Shown: one piece after another, positions 7,199 to 16,904 of the stretch
Position numbering within the stretch: position 1 is the first letter of the stretch
Layout: each line of letters begins with the position of its first letter
Source: an uncultured Candidatus Saccharibacteria bacterium
Lineage (GTDB): Bacteria; Patescibacteriota; Minisyncoccia; Phycocordibacterales; JAKFXT01
Length of the DNA: 49,815 nt
Reading direction: 5' to 3'
Assembly (NCBI GenBank): GCA_964443725.1
Contig: CAYUDP010000004.1
Location: 1-49,815, forward strand
Program-made: the position numbers and the translations under genes
The notes under the pieces: model-generated
What the model was told of the DNA's origin: nothing
The model's input: only the letters and a program-made list of their open reading frames with translations
Database searches by the model: none

Positions 7199-7272
7199 AC
7201 ATTCTCCCTTTACATTACAGGTTTAGAAAAAAGCTCCGAACAATATTTGGCCGGAAAGTATATATAAACACA

Positions 7273-7872
7273 CTATTCACTTTGTGCAAAATTCTTTAAA
7301 AAAAGCCTCCTGTGTTCATCTGAAAATCCATACTTCTTTATCATTTCTATGTGTTTTTTTGTTCCATAACCTTTATGTACTTCAAAACCATACTTGGGAT
7401 ATTTTTTAGACAAATTCACCATTTTCCTATCCCTTACAACCTTGGCAACAATAGAGGCTAGAGCTATAACGGTTTCTTTCTCATCACCTTTTATTATAGT
7501 TTTCTGTTTTTTATATTCTTTCGGAGCAAAAAGTGACCCATCTAGAAGTACTTCAACATTCTTATCTACAACAAGTTTAGATAGAACCATTTCTACTGAA
7601 ATTTTTGAAGATAAAGTCACTTTGTATTTGTCTAATGACTTTGCACTCATAAGATAATAGGAGAATTTGATTTTGCCACTTTTCGAATCTTCTTTTATTT
7701 TTTTAAATATTTCTTCTCTCTTTTCTCTACTTAATTTTTTTGAATCTTTTATTCTCCCCCACTTCTTAAGTTCCACCTTTGAAATAAGGACCCCTGCCAT
7801 ACACATAGGACCAGCAAGAGGCCCTCTTCCAGCTTCATCTATACCAACCAAAAAAACAGCTCTTTTTTCCAC
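7273..7872 (-). CDS. rnhB: Ribonuclease HII
   Basis: GIDEAGRGPLAGPM motif near the N-terminus, about 200 aa. GTG start with TATAAT 8 nt upstream. Confidence 0.9.
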   Translation of the reverse strand: MEKRAVFLVGIDEAGRGPLAGPMCMAGVLISKVELKKWGRIKDSKKLSREKREEIFKKIKEDSKSGKIKFSYYLMSAKSLDKYKVTLSSKISVEMVLSKLVVDKNVEVLLDGSLFAPKEYKKQKTIIKGDEKETVIALASIVAKVVRDRKMVNLSKKYPKYGFEVHKGYGTKKHIEMIKKYGFSDEHRRLFLKNFAQSE

Positions 7873-7962
7873 AGAAATAAATTATACTACACAAAAAAAG
7901 ACTATTTTTCTTATTTTTTTCAAGTTTAGATAGTCAGCTATCTGAGTTATAATTCCCTAACT

Positions 7963-10900
7963 ATGAGTAAGTACACCCATCTTCATACCCATACACATTT
8001 CTCCCTACTTGAGGCTCTACCAAAAATCCCAACTCTGGTAAAAAAGGCAAAATCAAACGGATGCCCATCTCTAGCTATCACAGACAATGGCAACATGTAT
8101 GGGACAATTGAGTTCTACAAAGAGTGTAAGAAAAACGAAATCAAACCGATTATCGGCGTTGATTTCTATTTGGCAACAAGAAACATAGAAGACAAAGATT
8201 TGGAAATCGATACTGCGAGAAACAGAATAGTCCTTCTAGCAAAAGACGAGACAGGATACAAAAATCTTATAAAGCTCGTGACAATAAGCTACCTTGATGG
8301 TTTCTTCTTCAAACCAAGAATAGATAAAAAATTACTAAAAGAACACAAAGATGGCCTTATAGCTATATTGCCCGCAATGTCATCTGAAACATCCACCCCC
8401 CTTAGATCAACAGACCTGAAAAAAGCCGAGATTATCGCAAAAAATTACAAAGAAATTTTCGATGATAATCTGTTTTTAGAAGTAACAAAACATGAGGAAC
8501 TAGAAAACCATGATGCCCTAGTCCAAAACATAATAAAGCTTGGAAAACTAACTTCCATACCACTAGTTGCCTCTCATGAAGTCCTATATATAAATCCGGA
8601 AGACAAAAAGGCCCTCACCGTAGTGAGCGCAATACAAAGCGTAAGTGAAAACGAAAAAGACGGGTTATTTGATGAATCGGGTGACTTTTCTTTTATAGAC
8701 ACAAACTACTTTGAAGAAATATTCAAAGACATACCTGAAGCCCTAGAAAACAACATAAAAATCCAAGAGATGTGCAATCTCGAACTTGAGCTTGGTAAGT
8801 GGATGTTCCCAGACATTGAAGTACACGGGGAAAGTGCCGATGAAGAATTGCGCCAAATAGTCATAGAAGGGTTAATCAAAAGAGGTGTCAAAGAAACTGA
8901 GGAAGTAAAAACTCGATACGAATACGAACTTTCAGTCATAAAGATGAAAGGATATGCCCCATACTTCCTAGTAGTCGCAGATTTACTACGTTTTGCAAAA
9001 GAAAACGGAATACTGTCAAACATCAGAGGATCAGTCTCAGGATCTCTCGTCACCTATCTCTCAGGAATTACAAACATAAACCCCCTTGAATATCAGATAC
9101 CATTTGAACGTTTTTTAAACCCAGAGAGACCATCGGCCCCCGATATAGATATGGATTATGCAGATAATAGACGTGACGAGATGGTTGAGTATGCAAGAAG
9201 AAAATATGGGAAAAACAAAGTCGCCCAAATAGGTACATTTGGAACCATGATGGCTAGAGGTGCCGTAAGAGATGTGGCACGTGCTATGGGGTACCCATAT
9301 GGTATGGGTGACAGGATAGCAAAACTTATACCATTTGGTTCTCAAGGATTCCCAATGACAATAGATCACGCTCTCGAGACAACTCCAGAGTTAAAAGAAA
9401 TATACGACAAAGAAGAAGACGTTAAAGAAATTATAGATATGGCAAAATCTATAGAAGGGAATGCACGACATATCTCTATACACGCTGCTGGTATAGTCAT
9501 GTCCCCCATTCCACTCAACGAAATTACTCCTGTTCAGTTGGATCCAAAAGAAAGTGGAAAAATCATAACTCAATACGACATGTATTCAGTCGAAGAAGCT
9601 GGCCTTTTGAAATTTGACTTCTTGGGATTAAAAAACCTATCAATAATCGCCCATGCGTTCAAATTGGTAAAAAAATTCCACGATATTGAGCTTACAGTTG
9701 ATTCAATACCCCTTGATGATAAAAAAACTTTTGAAATGCTTGCAAGAGGAGAAACCGCAGACCTTTTCCAGTTAAACGGATCAGGTATGACAAGGTTTCT
9801 GATGGAGCTTAAACCATCAGCAATACACGACATAAACGCCATGGTTGCCCTTTATCGACCGGGGCCACTTGAATTTATACCGGACTACATAGCTAGGAAA
9901 CACGACCCATCAAAAATCAAATACCTTGATCCAGCCCTTGAGCCAATATTAAACAAAACTTATGGAATTCTAGTTTACCAAGACGACTTGTTAATGATGG
10001 CAAACCAACTCGCTGGATATTCTTGGGGAGAGGTCGATAAATTTAGAAAAGCTGTTGGGAAAAAAATACCGGAAGAAATGGCAGCCCAAAGAGAGAAATT
10101 TATAAACGGGTGTATCAATCATTCAAAATGGAGCGAGAAAAAAGCAACAGAAGTCTGGCACTGGATTGAACCCTTTGCCTCTTATGGATTCAACAAGGCC
10201 CACTCTGTGTCTTATGGAAAGGTCGCGTACCACACAGCGTACCTGAAGGCCAACTTTCCTGGAGAATACATGACGGCTATATTATCAGCTGAAGCAGGAG
10301 ATGTTGAAAAAGTCGCAGAGTCAGTAAAGGAATGTAAAAGGATGGGAATAAACGTTCTGCCACCAGACATAAACACATGCTTCAAAGATTTCACCTTAGT
10401 AAAAGAGGGTGAAAAAAACATAATCAGATTCGGATTAGTCAGTATAAAAAATTTCGGCGAAGGCATTGCAAATACAATCATAAATGAACGTGAAAAAAAT
10501 GGAAAATTCTCTTCACTTGGTGATTTTCTTGCTAGAATAAAAGATAGGAATCTAAACAAAAAATCTCTTGAGGCTCTGATTTACTCCGGAGCACTTGATT
10601 CATTTGGAGAAAGAGGAGAAATGATGGGAAACATAGAGTCCCTACTTGAATTTAATAAAGAACAAGCCAAAGGAGAAGACCAATTTTCTTTATTCGGAAA
10701 CTTATCCGGAACCGACCATGGACTAACATTGGCAAAAAAACCAAAAATGGAAATGGATGAAAAACTAAAGTGGGAAAAAGAACTACTTGGCCTATACGTC
10801 TCTGGGCACCCCTTGGATAAATATAAGGCAAAAATGGAAGGCCGAGTTATGACAACTGAGAAAATAAAAACCCAAATGCAAGAAGGAATGATCGCCGTTG

Positions 10901-11130
10901 CAACTGGTCTCATAGAAGATATTAAACCAATGCTGACAAAAAACGGGGAAAAAATGCTTTTTATAAAGATAACTGATTATGTTGGCTCTATGGAAATAGT
11001 GGCTTTTCCTAGGATAGCTATAAAAAATAAAGATATACTCACCGTTGGAAAGTGTCTATCTATTAAAGGAAAAGTTTCAAAAAGAAACAACCAATCCAGC
11101 CTTATTGCAGAAGAAGCGAGAGAGTTGTGA
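7963..11130 (+). CDS. dnaE: DNA polymerase III alpha subunit
   Basis: PHP domain start (HLHTHTHFSLLEA), DIDMDY, FDFLGLKNLS, GYSWGEVDKFRKAVGKK, FNKAHSVSYG. 1055 aa. Confidence 0.95.
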   Translation: MSKYTHLHTHTHFSLLEALPKIPTLVKKAKSNGCPSLAITDNGNMYGTIEFYKECKKNEIKPIIGVDFYLATRNIEDKDLEIDTARNRIVLLAKDETGYKNLIKLVTISYLDGFFFKPRIDKKLLKEHKDGLIAILPAMSSETSTPLRSTDLKKAEIIAKNYKEIFDDNLFLEVTKHEELENHDALVQNIIKLGKLTSIPLVASHEVLYINPEDKKALTVVSAIQSVSENEKDGLFDESGDFSFIDTNYFEEIFKDIPEALENNIKIQEMCNLELELGKWMFPDIEVHGESADEELRQIVIEGLIKRGVKETEEVKTRYEYELSVIKMKGYAPYFLVVADLLRFAKENGILSNIRGSVSGSLVTYLSGITNINPLEYQIPFERFLNPERPSAPDIDMDYADNRRDEMVEYARRKYGKNKVAQIGTFGTMMARGAVRDVARAMGYPYGMGDRIAKLIPFGSQGFPMTIDHALETTPELKEIYDKEEDVKEIIDMAKSIEGNARHISIHAAGIVMSPIPLNEITPVQLDPKESGKIITQYDMYSVEEAGLLKFDFLGLKNLSIIAHAFKLVKKFHDIELTVDSIPLDDKKTFEMLARGETADLFQLNGSGMTRFLMELKPSAIHDINAMVALYRPGPLEFIPDYIARKHDPSKIKYLDPALEPILNKTYGILVYQDDLLMMANQLAGYSWGEVDKFRKAVGKKIPEEMAAQREKFINGCINHSKWSEKKATEVWHWIEPFASYGFNKAHSVSYGKVAYHTAYLKANFPGEYMTAILSAEAGDVEKVAESVKECKRMGINVLPPDINTCFKDFTLVKEGEKNIIRFGLVSIKNFGEGIANTIINEREKNGKFSSLGDFLARIKDRNLNKKSLEALIYSGALDSFGERGEMMGNIESLLEFNKEQAKGEDQFSLFGNLSGTDHGLTLAKKPKMEMDEKLKWEKELLGLYVSGHPLDKYKAKMEGRVMTTEKIKTQMQEGMIAVATGLIEDIKPMLTKNGEKMLFIKITDYVGSMEIVAFPRIAIKNKDILTVGKCLSIKGKVSKRNNQSSLIAEEAREL

Positions 11131-11168
11131 TAATATTATAATATTGTAATAATTAACGATATAAAAAG

Positions 11169-11555
11169 ATGAAAAGTTTTCTTGCAGAAGCTGGAATGGG
11201 CAGAGTAGAACCCGACGGAAATAAAACCAGTGATAAAATAGAGGATGTCAGATTTGAAGATATGATCCCATTAAGTTTTAAAGTACTTAAGGAACTTGAG
11301 ACCTGTCTAAGAGAAGCAACAACAAATAGCAATGAAATAGATCTCGATTCTGATGCATTAAAAAACGTAAGGGAGATGTCAAAAATAATAACAAGAGGGC
11401 AAGTACCTAATGAAATACTACATGAACTAGATACCAATGACAAAACATTGATCACTCAAATGGCCAACGACAACCTTAGGGCAGAAATTAAAGAAAAAGT
11501 TAAATACTTAACTGAACTAACAAAAAGCCTTACCAAGGTTTTTAAAAATATATAG
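11169..11555 (+). CDS. Hypothetical protein (128 aa)
   Basis: AT-rich host-type ORF filling the dnaE-thrS gap. Acidic and helical, with no recognisable motif. Confidence 0.5.
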   Translation: MKSFLAEAGMGRVEPDGNKTSDKIEDVRFEDMIPLSFKVLKELETCLREATTNSNEIDLDSDALKNVREMSKIITRGQVPNEILHELDTNDKTLITQMANDNLRAEIKEKVKYLTELTKSLTKVFKNI

Positions 11556-11604
11556 GACAAAAATTTTTTGCCTAAAAAGTTAAAAGTGCTATTATCTCTT
11601 TTGT

Positions 11605-13353
11605 ATGGAAAAAGAAGAAAAACTTGAACATTTAAGGCATTCTCTAGCCCACCTTTTGGCGTCAGCTGTCTTGGATTTATACCCTGGAACAAAAAATACT
11701 ATCGGGCCAGCGGTCTCCAATGGCTTTTATTATGACTTTGAATTCAAATCCCCTATTTCAGATACAGATTTGCCAAAGATAGAGGCAAAAATGCGAGAAA
11801 ACGCTCAGTCCTGGAAAAAATTTGAAAACAAAGAAGTAGCAAAAGATGAAGCCCTGAACCTATTCAATAACAATGCATATAAACAAGAGCTCATAAATGA
11901 AATCTCAGATAAAGGCGAAAAAATAACACTCTATAAAAATGGTAATTTCGAAGACTTGTGTCGTGGAGGGCACATTGGTGATTTTTCAGAAATAAATTTG
12001 GACGGGTTCAAATTGTCGCATGTTGCTGGAGCGTACTGGAGAGGAGATGAAAAAAATAAAATGCTAACCAGAATATACGGACTTGCTTTTGAAACCAAAG
12101 AAGATTTAGAGGGGTATATAAACCAACAGGAAGAAGCAAAAAAACGTGATCACAAAATAATTGGTCCACAAATGAAGCTTTTTACTTCATCAAACTTAGT
12201 TGGATCTGGATTACCACTTATTGCTCCACGTGGAATGATAATAAGAAAAGCCATAGAAGATTACCTCTGGGAGTTGCACAAGAAAAAAGGTTACTCGAGA
12301 GTTTGGACGCCTCATATCGCTAAGGAAGCTCTATACGAGACTTCCGGCCACGCTGCAAAATTTGGTGACGAATTATTCAGAGTTTCTGGCAAGGAAGACA
12401 AATTCATTTTGAAACCAATGAATTGCCCACACCATATGCAAATATTTGCAGACAATCAATTCTCTTATAGAGACATGCCTGTTAGATATTTCGAGCCAGC
12501 CACAGTGTATAGAGATGAAAAATCAGGACAGTTAGGCGGACTCACCAGAGTGCGAGCAATTACCCAAGATGATGGTCACTTGTTCTGTACAGTGGACCAG
12601 CTAGGCCAAGAGATTGCAACCATCGTCGATATAATAAAAACTTTCTACACAACAATGGGAATGATCGACGGATATTGGGTAAGACTTTCCTTAAGGGGCG
12701 ACGATAAAAATAAATATCTAGGAAGTGATGAGGTGTGGGAAAAAGCCGAGAATACTTTGACCAGAGTTTGTGAGGAGCAGAATCTTCCATATAAACCAGC
12801 AAAAGATGAGGCAGCTTTTTACGGGCCAAAGCTAGATTTTATGTTCAAAGACGCCATAGGTCGTGAATGGCAACTTGCAACTATACAATGTGATTTCAAC
12901 CTACCAGAAAGATTTGATTTATCATTCACAAACTCCGATGGCAAAAAAGAAAGACCCGTAGTAATTCATAGAGCAATATCCGGATCAATAGAGAGATTTA
13001 TGGGTGTTATGATTGAGCATTTTGCCGGTAACTTCCCTCTTTGGTTGTCTCCGAACCAGATAACTGTATTGCCTATATCAGACAATCATCTTGAATTCGC
13101 AAAAAATGTTTTTGATGAAATATCAAACTCTGACATACGTGTAGAAATCGATGACTCAAAAGAGGGTTTGGGTAAAAAGATTAGGGGAGCAAGAGAAATG
13201 AGAACTCCATATTGGTGTGTAATCGGTGATAATGAGGTCGCACACAGTACTGTGACACTAGAACATAGAACAAAGGGGAAAATCGGCGAAATAAAAATTG
13301 ACGAATTGATAAAACTTTTAAGAGATGAATCTGACAACAAAAAAATATCCTAA
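11605..13353 (+). CDS. thrS: Threonyl-tRNA synthetase (no N-terminal TGS domain)
   Basis: Editing-domain HSLAHLLA start, class II motifs (FRDEKSGQLGGLTRVRAITQDDGHLF; HRAISGSIERFMGVMIEH), anticodon-binding C-terminus. 582 aa. Confidence 0.95.
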   Translation: MEKEEKLEHLRHSLAHLLASAVLDLYPGTKNTIGPAVSNGFYYDFEFKSPISDTDLPKIEAKMRENAQSWKKFENKEVAKDEALNLFNNNAYKQELINEISDKGEKITLYKNGNFEDLCRGGHIGDFSEINLDGFKLSHVAGAYWRGDEKNKMLTRIYGLAFETKEDLEGYINQQEEAKKRDHKIIGPQMKLFTSSNLVGSGLPLIAPRGMIIRKAIEDYLWELHKKKGYSRVWTPHIAKEALYETSGHAAKFGDELFRVSGKEDKFILKPMNCPHHMQIFADNQFSYRDMPVRYFEPATVYRDEKSGQLGGLTRVRAITQDDGHLFCTVDQLGQEIATIVDIIKTFYTTMGMIDGYWVRLSLRGDDKNKYLGSDEVWEKAENTLTRVCEEQNLPYKPAKDEAAFYGPKLDFMFKDAIGREWQLATIQCDFNLPERFDLSFTNSDGKKERPVVIHRAISGSIERFMGVMIEHFAGNFPLWLSPNQITVLPISDNHLEFAKNVFDEISNSDIRVEIDDSKEGLGKKIRGAREMRTPYWCVIGDNEVAHSTVTLEHRTKGKIGEIKIDELIKLLRDESDNKKIS

Positions 13354-13357
13354 AAAA

Positions 13358-13395
13358 TGAAAACCCCCGATAACAATCGGGGGTTTTCATTTTTA
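13358..13395. terminator. Bidirectional terminator between convergent thrS and the surface-protein gene
   Basis: TGAAAACCCCCGAT-AACA-ATCGGGGGTTTTCA, with A-run before and T-run after. Confidence 0.85.
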
Positions 13396-13407
13396 TTTTC
13401 TCGTTTT

Positions 13408-15609
13408 TTATATTCTCGCCAATGAAAGCTTATTGCTGTATCCGGCCTGCATAACAATATCGCGGACCTTTGAATCTGTAATAAATAGTGCTGTATCTTC
13501 GTCTGTGACTGACTTGTAAGCATTGATTATTCCAAGCAATATCCTTCGGGCGCTATATGAATCCCCTTTTGCGATATCAAATATCGCAAGTATAGCTTCA
13601 TTTGTAACCATAGCCCCATGATTTCTTGCATAATCTTCCAAGTCTTCCATGAAAGCTACACTTGGTTTCTTCGGCAAAACCTCACTTGCAACTGGAACAA
13701 TTTTCTCTACAATCTCAACCCTATCGACATATTCAACAACTTTTTCAATTTTTGCTGGTGTGACAATTATTTCAACATCCCCTCTTAATATCTTCCTTCT
13801 ATTTTCAAGTACAACTGAGAAATAAGCTAGAACTATACTCAGGACAATTAGACCTAAAATATATACTATGGTACCTGCATAATCTCCGAGCCCAGTATAT
13901 GGCACCTGAGAAAGAGAAACATATGATGAACCACCTCCATTTGAATACAGAGAAACAGTTGGAGAGATTCCACCCCCTCCGCCTCCACCACCGCCACCAG
14001 GAGAATTGATATTGAGGACTAGGTTAGCAGTTACAGTGCCACAAATATTTGTTGCAGAGATTACAACTGTATAAGATCCTGACAAAGTCGGGGTACCAGA
14101 TATAACTCCTGTTGAAGTTGAAACTGTAAGTCCAGATGGCAAACCTGTTGCATTGTAGCTTGTGGGGCTGTTATTTGCAGTTATTGTATAGCTGAAGGCA
14201 CTGCCAATCATTGCCGAGGCACTGAGTGATGAAGTAATGGCTGGAACAGCACAACCGCCTCCGCCGCCACCTCCACCTCCGCCGGTAGAATTTGAAACCG
14301 TAATAACCAAAGTACCACTTGCTGAACCACAATTATTGGAAATTGAAATGTTAATGGTATATGTACCAGTTGTAGTTGGTGTACCTGAAATAACTCCTGT
14401 AGTTGACGCAAATGAAAGCCATGATGGCAGGCCGGTTGCAACAAAAGTAGTAGGACTATTACTTCCAGTTATTGTGTAGCTAAAAGCATTGCCAACTGTA
14501 ACAGAAGCAGTAGGAGAAGAAGTAATAACTGGAATTCCAGGAACACACGACCCAGAAGTAGTAATTGTTATTACAACTGTCTTAGCTGCACTTCCACATG
14601 AATTTGTTGCGGTTAATGTGACTGTATAAGTACCTGCAGTTGTTGGTGTTCCAGAAATAACTCCTGTTGATGTGTTTATAGAAAGTCCAGATGGCAAACC
14701 TGTTGCACCAAAAGTTATTGGGGTCTTACCAGTTGCAACAGTTGTGTATGTGAACGAAACACCAATAACTCCTGAAGTTGTTGAGGCAGAAGTAATACTT
14801 GGGGAAACACAAGAAGGTGGAGTGACTGTAGTACCACCACCGGCAGTAGTGGAACTGTCACTTGAATGACTCAAAAGTAGTGCAGCAAGTACACCGGCTC
14901 CAAGCAAAGCCCAAGGTATAGAATCTTCAGAGTTTCCACCACCAATGTCTATACCTTCACTAGAGTTCCCACCGCCGATATCTAATCCAGCAGTAGAGTT
15001 CCCACCGCCGATATCAACACCAGAAAAAGAATTGCCCCCACCTATATCAAGTGGGACTTCAGAATTACCACCACCTATATCACTGCCAAAGAAACCAGCT
15101 GAATCGTCGGCATTTGATGAAAACCAATTATTATTAGCACTTGTATCAGAACTTCCAAACCAGAAATTACTTGAATCCGAACCATCATTCCCTCCCCCAA
15201 TGTCTGCTCCAGAATTATTTGAAGCTGTTCCAAAAAATCCACTATTATCAGAGTTAAAAGATGAAAAATCCCATGAAGTATCACTATTTGATCCCCCAAT
15301 ATCAACACCTGAACCGCTAGATACTGATGAGGTGTCATTGTTGTCGTTAATATACCCGACCCAAGGGTCAAATAGTAAATCATCATCGGCTCTAACTGTA
15401 TTTATCGTATTAGAATTATTTATTTTGTATCCGATCAAAACAGCACTAGGCGCAAAGAGAGACAAAATCAAAACAATAGCGAAGAATGGCTTCACTCCAT
15501 TTTGAGCAAACATTTTTGTTCTATATTCTATTTTTTTGATCATGTCTCTCATAATCTTTTTTATTCTTGATAATTTATCTTGCAAAAAAATCATATCGGT
15601 AAAATGCAA
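13408..15609 (-). CDS. Large cell-surface protein: N-terminal signal/anchor, DIGGGNS repeats, three He_PIG-type Ig domains joined by poly-Gly linkers, VPYTG sorting-like motif, TM helix, and a roughly 130-aa cytoplasmic tail
   Basis: The unit GLPSGLSINTSTGVISGTPTTAGTYTVTLTATNSCGSA occurs three times. GGGGGGGGG linkers are present. SLSQVPYTG-LGDYAGTIVYILGLIVLSIVLAYFSVVL-ENRRK, with VPYTG encoded at 13891-13905. The true start is probably an internal Met (M20/M23/M33 of the track ORF, i.e. 15552/15543/15513). Confidence 0.8.
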   Translation of the reverse strand: MHFTDMIFLQDKLSRIKKIMRDMIKKIEYRTKMFAQNGVKPFFAIVLILSLFAPSAVLIGYKINNSNTINTVRADDDLLFDPWVGYINDNNDTSSVSSGSGVDIGGSNSDTSWDFSSFNSDNSGFFGTASNNSGADIGGGNDGSDSSNFWFGSSDTSANNNWFSSNADDSAGFFGSDIGGGNSEVPLDIGGGNSFSGVDIGGGNSTAGLDIGGGNSSEGIDIGGGNSEDSIPWALLGAGVLAALLLSHSSDSSTTAGGGTTVTPPSCVSPSITSASTTSGVIGVSFTYTTVATGKTPITFGATGLPSGLSINTSTGVISGTPTTAGTYTVTLTATNSCGSAAKTVVITITTSGSCVPGIPVITSSPTASVTVGNAFSYTITGSNSPTTFVATGLPSWLSFASTTGVISGTPTTTGTYTINISISNNCGSASGTLVITVSNSTGGGGGGGGGGCAVPAITSSLSASAMIGSAFSYTITANNSPTSYNATGLPSGLTVSTSTGVISGTPTLSGSYTVVISATNICGTVTANLVLNINSPGGGGGGGGGGISPTVSLYSNGGGSSYVSLSQVPYTGLGDYAGTIVYILGLIVLSIVLAYFSVVLENRRKILRGDVEIIVTPAKIEKVVEYVDRVEIVEKIVPVASEVLPKKPSVAFMEDLEDYARNHGAMVTNEAILAIFDIAKGDSYSARRILLGIINAYKSVTDEDTALFITDSKVRDIVMQAGYSNKLSLARI

Positions 15610-15694
15610 TTATTAAAGTGGGGACGATACCAAGGCATTGCACCAAGGTACCGTTCCCACAATTTTTCGGCTCCGCGCTAAGTCCGGGCGGCGA

Positions 15695-16726
15695 CTACTT
15701 CTTGTCAGTCGCCACGTGAAGGTATTTGGGGTCACACCCTCGGGGAGTCGTCTCCCCCTCGGACATGATTAGCACCCTCTTGCCCCCAAACTTCGTGTCC
15801 ACCGGGGGGTAGACGAGGTCCTCGCCCTCAAAAAGAGCGACGACCTTATTCCCCCAAGCTTCCCTGGGAAGGGTAAACGAGGCAGATCCGTTCAGGATCT
15901 TCACCTCGCTAACCTTCATCCACTTCCCATTTTCAAGCCTTGCGACTTGGGAGGTGATGGTGGTCGAGGAAAGCTTGGCCTTGTCGGCCTCTTTCGCGGC
16001 GCGAAGCGCCGCCCCGAGACCACGCGACGCGGCGTCGGAACCGAAGTACCCCTTCTCATGTTCGGCCCTGACGAGCCGTTCACGAAGAGAGGGGTCCATA
16101 TTTCCACGATCCCAAACCATGAAGTTCCAGGTTTGGGACTTCGTCTCGCATGTCGAGATTACCTCGACAGTAGGCGCGGGGGCAACGACAGGTGCTGGAG
16201 GGGGCAAGTGCGCCCACTCGTAAACCTCGTTCCCGCATGCGTCGAGCGCGTACGGGGCCTCGGCGTCCTTCTCGAAGCGGAACATGGTCCCAATCTTCTG
16301 ATAGACCCACTTCTTACCGAGGGTGGTCAGCATGAAAACGCAGACGTCCGCCTCGGCGGGCTTGGCCTTCCGACCGTTTTTCCCCGCGGGCTTCTTCCCC
16401 CTGTTCTCGAAAAACTTGGGAACGTAGGGGGCGGCGAGCCCGGCCCGGAGCGCCGTGAGGCACTCATCCTTGGATGAAAAGATCACCGTCTTCTCCGGCA
16501 TCGCCATTGCCACCTTCCCCTTTTCGGAGGGAGGTAACTCCGCACCTTTCGATGCGGGGAGGGCGACGGGTGCCGGCTTGGCTTCAGTCGTGACAGACTT
16601 CGTAACGGCGGAAGCCGGTTTCTCTCCACCCCCCTTGAAGCCAAGGGTGGTCCCGAACTCCTTCAGGCTTGCGCAGCCCGAAAGGAGGCAAAGCACGGCC
16701 GCGAAGGCCAGAAAAATACGGGTCAT
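15695..16726 (-). CDS. Lipoprotein of unknown function (343 aa), GC-rich cassette 3
   Basis: MTRIFLAFAAVLCLLSGCASL, with lipobox LSGC at Cys18. GGAG (16733-16736) lies 6 nt upstream of ATG. GC3-rich codons: AAG outnumbers AAA several-fold by hand translation. All other ORFs in 15916-16926 are high-GC shadows. Confidence 0.8.
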   Translation of the reverse strand: MTRIFLAFAAVLCLLSGCASLKEFGTTLGFKGGGEKPASAVTKSVTTEAKPAPVALPASKGAELPPSEKGKVAMAMPEKTVIFSSKDECLTALRAGLAAPYVPKFFENRGKKPAGKNGRKAKPAEADVCVFMLTTLGKKWVYQKIGTMFRFEKDAEAPYALDACGNEVYEWAHLPPPAPVVAPAPTVEVISTCETKSQTWNFMVWDRGNMDPSLRERLVRAEHEKGYFGSDAASRGLGAALRAAKEADKAKLSSTTITSQVARLENGKWMKVSEVKILNGSASFTLPREAWGNKVVALFEGEDLVYPPVDTKFGGKRVLIMSEGETTPRGCDPKYLHVATDKK

Positions 16727-16832
16727 GGTTTTCTCCTATTAGGCCCGTTATTGAACCCCGCGGTATTTTATTCCGCGGAACCGAAAAATCAAAGATCTGT
16801 CATCCTAATCGTGTCTCTCGACATTCATGGAG

Positions 16833-16904
16833 GACTTACTCGTTGGGATTGTGTAAAGGTACAAAAATGTGCACTTTAGAGTGCAAAATCCCAAAGAGTA
16901 AGTC
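16833..16904. repeat. Nested inverted repeat at the sortase/cassette-3 junction
   Basis: Outer arms GACTTACTCGTTGGGATT (16833-16850) and AATCCCAAAGAGTAAGTC (16887-16904) match at 17/18 bp. The inner hairpin is TGCACT-TTAG-AGTGCA (16870-16885); on the minus strand it is followed by CATTTTTG, a likely sortase terminator. Confidence 0.7.

Noticed and set aside
6583-7267. Plus-strand ORFs 6583..6945, 6623..6832 and 6971..7267 in cassette 2
   Set aside because: They have no SD, and the hairpin T-runs point to minus-strand transcription. The minus-strand ORFs each have an SD at correct spacing, and one has an extended -10 promoter.
13971-14290. Poly-glycine tracts as slipped-strand phase-variation sites
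   Set aside because: The Gly runs are encoded by mixed GGN codons (reverse complement of ccaccccctccgcctccaccaccgccacc and similar), not by a long mononucleotide or simple dinucleotide repeat.
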